A stretch of 63,097 nucleotides of DNA, filler included, from Octopus bimaculoides (taxonomy: Eukaryota), in NCBI RefSeq assembly GCF_001194135.2. It is 8 parts of 7 records of this genome, joined end to end, with 100 filler letters (N's around TTAATTAATTAA, not from the genome) between each part and the next. Parts side by side here need not be neighbours in the genome. Positions count along the whole stretch, not along the records: positions 53,610 to 57,990 come from NC_068981.1; positions 58,091 to 60,506 come from NC_068991.1; positions 60,607 to 63,097 come from NW_026355495.1; 5 more parts are not named here. One strand, 5' to 3'. Position numbers and translations under genes: made by a program. The notes beneath the pieces are model-generated. The model was not told where the DNA came from and searched no databases. It saw only the letters and a list, made by a program, of their open reading frames with translations. The stretch's first letter is position 1. Every line of letters begins with the position of its first letter. Positions 53,674 to 63,097 of the stretch are shown here, piece after piece.

Positions 53674-55014
53674 AGAGTGTGTGTTCATGTAAATCCATCT
53701 GTTCGTTCATACACAAATATAAATGAATGTATGTTAGTATATATACGTATGCGCATTTATAACACGCACACACATACATACATGCATACATACACACACA
53801 CACACATACATGCAATACACACACACATATATATGTGTGTATGTAGATATTTGTGTTCGCACGCACGTATATGTGTGTATGTATGTATGTATTATGTATG
53901 TATATGTCTGTATGTATTTAAACGCGTATATATGTATGTTTGCTCATGTGTAGTTGCATTAATGTTGGTGTATTATTTTCTCTTAGTACACGCATCTCAG
54001 GTTCACCTTCTCCTTTGCAACCCGGTGTCACACAGGTTTGTTACGTATCTGCGTTCATGAAGTAGAAAAGAAGATTCAGCTGTCAGTCTGACATGTATTT
54101 TGCTGAAGTGTCACCGGAATTTTTATATATATTGACGATTCACGTGTTTCTTAGAAATAGGAAATGCTGCAGTGTCTCTTTTAACACATAAACATATTGA
54201 ATAATATATGGTGTAGATGTAAGTGCTCGAATTTCTGTAATTTTCTTTTACATTTATATACCTAGATAGCGTTATGCATATTAATGGACTTGCGAATGTA
54301 GATATATAGAGTGTGTGTGTATATNNNNNNNNNNNNNNNNNNNNNNNNNNNNNNNNNNNNNNNNNNNNNNNNNNNNNNNNNNNNNNNNNNNNNNNNNNNN
54401 NNNNNNNNNNNNNNNNNNNNNNNNNNNNNNNNNNNNNNNNNNNNNNNNNNNNNNNNNNNNNNNNNNNNNNNNNNNNNNNNNNNNNNNNNNNNNNNNNNNN
54501 NNNNNNNNNNNNNNNNNNNNNNNNNNNNNNNNNNNNNNNNNNNNNNNNNNNNNNNNNNNNNNNNNNNNNNNNNNNNNNNNNNNNNNNNNNNNNNNNNNNN
54601 NNNNNNNNNNNNNNNNNNNNNNNNNNNNNNNNNNNNNNNNNNNNNNNNNNNNNNNNNNNNNNNNNNNNNNNNNNNNNNNNNNNNNNNNNNNNNNNNNNNN
54701 NNNNNNNNNNNNNNNNNNNNNNNNNNNNNNNNNNNNNNNNNNNNNNNNNNNNNNNNNNNNNNNNNNNNNNNNNNNNNNNNNNNNNNNNNNNNNNNNNNNN
54801 NNNNNNNNNNNNNNNNNNNNNNNNNNNNNNNNNNNNNNNNNNNNNNNNNNNNNNNNNNNNNNNNNNNNNNNNNNNNNNNNNNNNNNNNNNNNNNNNNNNN
54901 NNNNNNNNNNNNNNNNNNNNNNNNNNNNNNNNNNNNNNNNNNNNNNNNNNNNNNNNNNNNNNNNNNNNNNNNNNNNNNNNNNNNNNNNNNNNNNNNNNNN
55001 NNNNNNNNNNNNNN

Positions 55015-55358
55015 TGGCATCTTGGGCAAGTGCCTTCTACTATAGCCTCGGGCCGACCAATGCCTTGTGAGTGGATTTGGTAGACGGAAACTGAAAGAAG
55101 CCTGTCGTATATATGTATATATATATATATGTATGTGTGTATGTGTTTGTATGTCTGTGTTTGTCCCCCCAACATCGCTTGACAACCGATGCTGGTGTGT
55201 TTATGTCCCCGTAACTTAGCGGTTCGGCAAAAAGAGACCGAAAGAATAAGTACTAGGCTTCCAAAGAATAAGTCCTGGGGTCGATTTGCTCGACTAAAGG
55301 CGGTGCTCCAGCATGGCCACAGTACAAAGGACTGAAACAAGTAAAAGAGTAAAAGAGA
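55015..55358 (+). mobile_element. SINE family A, young copy
   Basis: Near-consensus body and tail; head lies in a gap. Another copy at 56447-56731 (-). Confidence 0.85.
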
Positions 55359-55480
55359 ATATATGATACATACTTAAGTATGTACATTTTATGCAGTCTA
55401 AATTGCGTATAGCGTATATATGTGTTTATGTATGTATATGTGTCTGTGTGTGTTTATTTGTACGCGTGTCTGTGTTTGGT

Positions 55481-55522
<42 letters not shown>

Positions 55523-55886
55523 ATCTTGTAAACGTTACTGAGGTTTTTATTAAGTTTAAATAGACGCGTAGGTATTATACTTAAAATACAATATTTATGT
55601 TGTAGAGCCGTATCTTTCCTCGAGTTAAAAGACTATAAATATGGGAGAGATAGGAAAATTCATCGCAGAAGCGTCTAGCCAGATGCATTTAGGTTTCGGC
55701 ACATCATTCGAATGGCGTGTACTTGCAGCTCGCTACATGCTGGGAGGTACATTCGTTGCCTCCGATATAGTAAACGGTGAATAATACATTTACATCATTC
55801 AAAGTTGATGCAATTCACTTTTACCATTCTAAACCTCAACTACTAAATTCTCTCTCTACCATCACAGACTACAAACGATATCCTTT

Positions 55887-56299
55887 TCTAATCTCGGCAC
55901 AAGGCCCGTAATTTTGTGGGAGGGGGTAAGTCGATTAGATCGACTCCAGTACGCAGCTGGTACTTAATTTATTGACCCCGAAAGGATGAAAGGCACAGTC
56001 GACCGCGGTGGAATTTATACTCAAAACGTAAAAACAGTAGAAATACCGCTAAGCATTTCGCCCGGCTAACGTTGCTTATTTCTTTATTACCCACAAGGGG
56101 CTAGACATAGAAGGGACAAACAAAGGGATTAAGTCGATTACATCAACCCCAATGCGTAACTCGTACTTAATTTATCGATCGCGAAAGGATGAAAGGCAAA
56201 GTCGACCTCGGCGGAATTTGAACTCAGAACGTAATGGCAGACGAAATACCGCTAAGCATTTCGCCCGGCGTGCTAACGTTTCTGCCAGCTCGCCGCCTT
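55887..56299 (-). mobile_element. Two adjacent SINE family B copies
   Basis: Copies at about 55887-56068 and 56070-56299. Other family B copies: 5866-6075 (+), 7125-7328 (-), 10060-10258 (-), 18134-18342 (-), 18805-18985 (-), 20225-20381 (-), 20735-20944 (-), 23259-23480 (+), 50860-51025 (+), 61905-62112 (+). Confidence 0.85.
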
Positions 56300-57744
56300 G
56301 ACTACAAATAATAATGTTCGGTTAAAATTCAAATGTCTTGTTTAATAATAGTAAATATAATTTAATAAAACAATAGAGGACTTCCAGTCTAAGTATGCGC
56401 TTCAGTGACTTAACAGGAGTATTAAGATAATTGTATTTTCTTCTATATTCTCTTACATATTTCAGTCATTTGACTGCAGCCATGCTGGAGCACCACCTTA
56501 CGGGGTTTTAATAGAACAAATCGACCCCAGGGCTTACTCTTTGTAAGCCTAGTACTTATTCTTTCGTTTACTTTTACTGAACCGCTAAGTTACGGCGAGG
56601 TAAACACACCACCATTGGTTGTCAAGCGATGCTATAGTAAAACACACTTGCACAAGTTGCCACGCAATGGGACTGAGCCCCAAACAATGTGGTCCGGAAG
56701 CAAACTTCTAGTCACACAGCCACGCCCGCGTCTATGTTGCATATTTTAATACACAATAATTTCCAATCTATTAACGGTGAAATCTATAGAGATGACGGAA
56801 AATTGGCGGTTTATTATTTATTACCATGAGAATGAACAAACAATAACGACATAAATTCAGAAGTCTATAAAATGATTTGGAACTACAAATTACTAGTTAT
56901 TTTTTTTTTTTTTATAAATTACTAGTTGTTTTTTAATATAGCAAACAGCATTAACGAGTCAAAAATTAAACCATGTGTCACACTAAATCATTCAAAGCGA
57001 TATATACAAGATAATTCCAACCACACAATGAGAAACTTTATGAAACTGTCCACAAATTTATGAAACAGAATTTTGGCCGTTTCTTATGTAGAACTCTCAT
57101 TCCATCGTTTAATAAAATGATGTATTAATGCAATACATTCATATGGTTTTAGAGAACACATACCCTATCCCGAAGAAATACTCAAAAAGATCACATGTTT
57201 TAGTCAACCGCATTCAGATTAAAGATTCTACTTTCTTGATACACATAAAGAGAAATCGTCTGCCGAAATACACTTAACACAAGCTAATATAAAAACTTTG
57301 CTAACAAACTTTCATTAGTTAATACACTAAATAATGAATAATTGAAGTTACCAGAGTCCAGACTGCTTTAACACCTCAAAATACAATTGCCATTCACAAA
57401 ACGTATTTCCAGTAAGTGGCAATTGTCTAGAAAAATCAGTTATCTATGCAGCCCAAGTCACAATTAACATTAATCAGAATAGCATAGCTTACATCAGGAT
57501 TAACAGCAAATCAGTTAAAGATTAGATTTTGTCAGAATAATTATAATCTTAGAACATTACAAAAACGATTCGACATTAGCCTATGTATCTTTTTTTAAAC
57601 ATCTTTTTTAACAATAATTTCTTCTTTGGCATATATTTTTGACAATAATTTAATTTACAATGTAGATTGTGCAGACATAGCAGTATCTGATATACAATCT
57701 TATAGATTGTATCTAGAAATAAGCGGAGAACTACATAGCGAGTC

Positions 57745-57815
<71 letters not shown>

Positions 57816-58211
57816 GACCGAGAAACAGGCAGACAGATAGACAGGCAGGCAAACAGACAGAAAGACAGATAGATAGATAAATAGATACATTTCTTTTATT
57901 AGCCACACAGGGCTCAACGAAGATGGGACAAATACAATGTAGAGCTTTTCTTTTTGGGAGGGGGAAGGAAGGAAAAAAAAAAAAAAAAAANNNNNNNNNN
58001 NNNNNNNNNNNNNNNNNNNNNNNNNNNNNNNNNNTTAATTAATTAANNNNNNNNNNNNNNNNNNNNNNNNNNNNNNNNNNNNNNNNNNNNATATATATAT
58101 ATATATATACACATTTATATGTCGTAAATATGAGGGTAATAAATTAAAATAATTTATTACCAGTGGTTAGCATGCATAAATAAAAGTCATAAGATATAAC
58201 ATATTAAAAAA

Positions 58212-58955
58212 TATAAGAGTGTATAAAATAATTTCATACACAGAGGGGAAACCCTTGACAAGCTCCTTAGATGTTAAAATGAGCAGTTAAACACCAAACC
58301 ACGAAACAAATTATGAGACACACTGTTATAACACTAGAACAAACAAAAAATGAATTAGTTAATCTTGAACTCAAGTTGCCTTATTAATTGCCAAATAAAA
58401 TAATTTCGAATCTTCAGATTGTCAGCGGGATTGCTAATTAATGAACAATTATGTAGTTGCAAATACGTACCGAAAACACATGCACAAGACAGACACATCT
58501 TTATCCATTATGGATTCGAACTTAGTGCGCGAGCTGAAACATATAGTCCAACAGTAGATAAATATAATTAAAATTGTTTCCTATACAGCCTCAGAAGTAT
58601 AAATATTACTATCGTACATATGAGGGTAATAAATTAAAATAATTTATTGCATAAATAAAAGTATAGTTGTCTAGCGTACGTGTTTTCGGTATGTATTTGC
58701 AACTACAAAATTATTCATTAATTAGTGATCCCGCTGATGATCTACAGATTCCAAATTACTTTATTTGGCAATTAATAGCGAGCCTTTCAGGATTAACTAG
58801 TTCATTTTCTTTTGTTCGTTCTAGTGTTATAACAGCGTGCCTCATGAATTCCTTTTATTTTTCGTGGTTTGGGTTTTAACTTCTCTTTTTAGCTTGTAAG
58901 GAGTCCTTTCAAGCGTCTCCGCTCTGTGTATAAAAATATTTTATACATTCTTATA
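58212..58955. repeat. Diverged inverted repeat, about 280-bp arms
   Basis: 58212-58489 aligns in reverse complement to 58670-58955 with many substitutions. Confidence 0.8.
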
Positions 58956-59467
58956 TACATTTATATATATACTTATAAATATATGTATATATATATTTAT
59001 ATATATGTATATATGTATATATTGATATATATGTATATGTACATATGTATATCTATATATGTATAACTATCTATTTATCTATAATTTTATTTTATGTATT
59101 TATTTAAAAAAAAAAAATGTAAATATTATACTAATGTTTTTTTTCATGCAGAATAACATTTCATCAAAAGATTCTCTCCAAAATTGAACGTTTGAAAGGA
59201 AAGGGGAGACAGTAAATTTTGCATTCAAAATTTAATTCAAAGAGGAGAAAAAGAAAGAAAGAGGAAAAAAGAAGGAAAGAGGAAGCAAAAAGACTTTCAG
59301 TGATGATCACACCGTACATATGTTTTTTTTTTTGAAGTGGTCCCACACCTTAAACCCATTCCAATACAATGGTAAATGACTAAATACATAAATCAATCAA
59401 TCGTGAATAGGAAGGGTGATCCCCTTCTCTCTATTTTCCACTCTCAACCTTTCTCTATGTTTGTCTG

Positions 59468-59517
<50 letters not shown>

Positions 59518-60606
59518 AGCCTATGTACTTGCCTATATTTCTATCTATCCATATCCATTGTCAATGGAACCTCACTGAAAAAAGCAAAAACAATGTTTTC
59601 TTCTAACCCCCACCCCCCCAAAAAGCATCTGTTTTATATAAATGAACAAGCTAATTGTACATTCACAAAATTTTATTTGACAAGTTCGAGAAACGAACGA
59701 AAGCGCTAATAATAATGAAGCAATAAAAAGATTCTTTTCCAAATTTCTGACGACATTTTTTCTCAAAATTCAATTTCTGTACATCACACCTAACACTCAA
59801 TACATACATACAAACATACATACATGCATGCACACATACATACATACATACATACATACATACATACATACATACATTATATATANNNNNNNNNNTTATA
59901 TATCTATTTATATATATATTCATATATATAGATATATATAGATATATATTTACATTTATATATTTATTTATATATGTATATTATCATTATCTTATGATTT
60001 TTACTTTGTATTATATTATACTTATTTATCGTGCATTTACTTATTTATTTTTCTATATGTGACTGCGGATTTACATGGATGAGTGTGACATAAAACAATT
60101 CTGCTTATTCACTGTAGTTCAGAAACAATACCTATCAGAGTATAAAATAATAATTTACCCTCAACGAACTTTGATCCTTCTATAATATTTAATATTCCAA
60201 GCAGTAAAATATGCTTTCACACATTTTCATTCCACATAAAAGTCATAATTCGTATCGCAATGTTCTTAAAATACATGAATACCATATATACATACATAAA
60301 AAATACGTATATACATAACCATATGTGTTATTTCTAATGGGCAATAAGTTAAAAAGAAAAGGGATTCAAAGGAATGGCCATGTAAGAAACTATCAGCCCT
60401 TTTGCAACTTTCTACTGGTCAAACATTATTAACACACACACGCACACACACGCGCGCGCACACGCGCACACACGCGCGCGCACACGCGCACACACACACA
60501 TACACANNNNNNNNNNNNNNNNNNNNNNNNNNNNNNNNNNNNNNNNNNNNTTAATTAATTAANNNNNNNNNNNNNNNNNNNNNNNNNNNNNNNNNNNNNN
60601 NNNNNN

Positions 60607-60668
<62 letters not shown>

Positions 60669-61256
60669 ATAGAGTGAGATAGAGAACGAAAGAACGAGAG
60701 AGCGGGAGGAGATAGAGAAAAGGACTGTGTGAGTATATATTTGTATAGAGGGTCACCTTGAACATATATATGGATAATTACTGAATATTTATGGACAACC
60801 AGGGAAGTAAGAATCGAGCGGAGCTATTCAACTTAAGATAAAACTTAACGCACTGTGATATCAGTTTCTGCTTAACCGTAAACCAGCGTTTTTCAATAGG
60901 AATAGAAGAGGCTCTTAGAAGACTTTAAGCTAACGACCAATTTGCAAATATGAAGAGGGAAACGGGAGGCACTGGATATTTAGAATGAGGTCATAATTCT
61001 CCTCTAAAATGAAACATGTAACTCAGATACAATAACTGACACTCCGTCGGTTACGACGACGCGGGTTCCAGTTGATCTAAGCAAACGGAACAGCTTGTTC
61101 GTGAAATTATCGTGCAAATGGGTGAACACTCCACAGACTCACGTACCCCTCACGTAATTCACAGAGAGAATCAGAATGACATAGAATATGACAAAGATGG
61201 CCATTTGTATTACAGGAACTACTCATTTTCGTCAGCTGAGTAGAAAAGTACAATAG

Positions 61257-62570
61257 TTAATTCAAAAAACCCGTTTTCAAAAAAAAAAATATCTTTGTCG
61301 GGATTTGAATGAGAAGAGTATTTTGTTATCAATTAGCAGAAACATTATTGATAATGCGCCAAGATCCAATGTTAAACAATTTGTTTCTTTTATTTCTTAA
61401 TTAGTAATTAAAATATTATAAACATTATCATTGTTTGAAGTTAAAGCAAAATTTATGGTTTTAGCGCGGTTTTTGGCCTAGTTTACTTCTTTACCTATTC
61501 TTAATGTCAAGTACAGTATATGGTTTAAAACTAATCACTCTGAGTTTCCAGATATTTTACTACTCTCTTCGTTGGGTTTACATATGTACATCCAATAAAT
61601 TAATATTGTAGAAATGATTCAGAGCATAGGGATCACTGCATATAATGAATCTTCTTCGATTGACATTAGTAGTTAAGGCTTATGAACTGGCGAGGAAGAT
61701 GAAAGAGATGAGAGATTACCATACTGAGAAAAACGACGGGTGAAAACTAATATTGAAATAGCTGTTTCGAAATTGAATTAGTTCGCCTTTAAATAAATAT
61801 CGAACCAGAAGGTTTTTTAAATCTGTTTAGATTCATATTTTATTTTCGACTCTTTTATATATATAATTTCTTATGTTTTATAACCTTTTTATATAGGGCG
61901 ATAGATTGGTAGAATATTTAAAGCCTTGGACAGTATGTCTCAAAATATTATTTGTTCTGACTTAGGTTCTGAGTTAATATTCCGCCGAAGTCAGTTTAGC
62001 CTCTCATCCTTTCGGAGTCGATAAAACAAAGTTTCAGTCAAATATTTGGGTTGTTACCATCGACTGACCCTCTCCCACCGAAAATTCTGGCTTTGTGCTA
62101 CAATTAGAAACAGTCATTAATAAAATGTCAATTTTCTGTAATAGAATACAGGATAGACCACTTGGTTTTAAACCCATAAGGAAGAAAATGCCCGTCATAT
62201 ACAATCATTTAAAATATGGTGGTATTGTATGCACACTATTAACCAACATTCGGCAAAGTATCTAATTTGTGTAAAATAAACCTCGACAAATGAAGGAATT
62301 GAAGATTTTTTTTTTCAATAAAAGAATTTTATCGGGATTTGATATACAATCAAATAATTTTGAATTAATACTATAATTAATTCAAAAACCCATTTTCAAA
62401 AAAAAAAATTTGTCGGGATTTGAATATGAGAAGAGAATTTTGTTATCAATTATCAGAAACAGTATTGATAATGCGCCAAGATCCAATGTTCACAATTCCT
62501 TTTATATCTTAATCAATAATTAAAATATTTTGAATGTTGTCATTATTTGAAGTTAAAGCAAAAATTATGG
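61257..62570 (+). repeat. About 200-bp direct repeat pair
   Basis: 61257-61458 and 62377-62570 share TTTGTCGGGATTTGAAT and ATTGATAATGCGCCAAGATCCAATGTT. Confidence 0.85.
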
Positions 62571-62894
62571 ACTTCAGCATTAAAGTATGAAAAACGGGAG
62601 CTAGAAATACGCGGCAAAAAGACATACATACATACATACATACATACATACATACACGCATATATATATATGTATGTATATATATATATGTGTGTGTGTG
62701 TTACTATAAACAGTTAGGCGCAATATAATACCATAAAGGAAAAATTTTATTGTCACTAAATATGAGTGAGATTGCCGAAGTACTTATATTGCGAGAAATG
62801 AGAGTTGAAGGCTCTTAATGCAGCTAGAAGCGCGCAACATATATACTCTGATAGGAGAGACAAGCACCATATGACCATCCGTTGAATCGCTAGA

Positions 62895-62934
62895 CTAGAC
62901 TAGTTTCGTCTGCTTCGTAAGCATCGTCAGTAGT
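62895..62934 (-). ncRNA. Type I hammerhead ribozyme candidate
   Basis: ACTA-CTGACGA-TGCTT(ACG)AAGCA-GAC-GAAA-CTAG-TC-TAGT; GUC cleavage triplet, ACTAGT palindrome, irregular stem II base. Confidence 0.55.
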
Positions 62935-63097
62935 GACTACTCAAACAGTCGATGGTTTGGTTAAATCCATCCACCAGTATTTATTCTTTTACTTTTACTT
63001 TTTTACTTGTATGAGTCATTTGACTGCGGCCATGTCTGATTTAGCGAAATGCTAATACGTATATTAGTAGCGGTTATATCTCCTGTCAGTGTATATG

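Noticed and set aside
358-60765. Most long ORFs in the supplied track
   Set aside because: They consist of X runs across gaps or translated microsatellites ([12 protein letters not shown], poly-N/D/H).

Overview
AT-rich, gap-riddled eukaryotic genomic DNA, dominated by microsatellites and short retroposons. The repeat families suggest an octopod cephalopod, probably Octopus (inference). No prokaryotic genes, CRISPR arrays or rRNA are present. The only well-supported host coding segment is an exon at 45871-46545 (+) encoding two complete MYND zinc fingers; it is cut by an artificial 100-bp assembly spacer. Decayed transposons include Tc1 (DD34E-type), mariner, two maT/DD37D deletion derivatives, and RTE, R4/Dong-like and HERO-like LINE ends. 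There are also about 40 copies of three tRNA-derived SINE families. The most interesting signal is non-coding: several minimal type I hammerhead ribozyme motifs, each with a palindromic stem III as in the dimer-cleaving ribozymes of Penelope-like elements. One sits in the body of a tRNA-headed SINE (10262-10538). Another has a swapped G3:C8 core and lies inside a TSD-flanked palindromic insertion (8980-9300). All family assignments come from motif recognition by eye; no database search was run, and most element boundaries are approximate.
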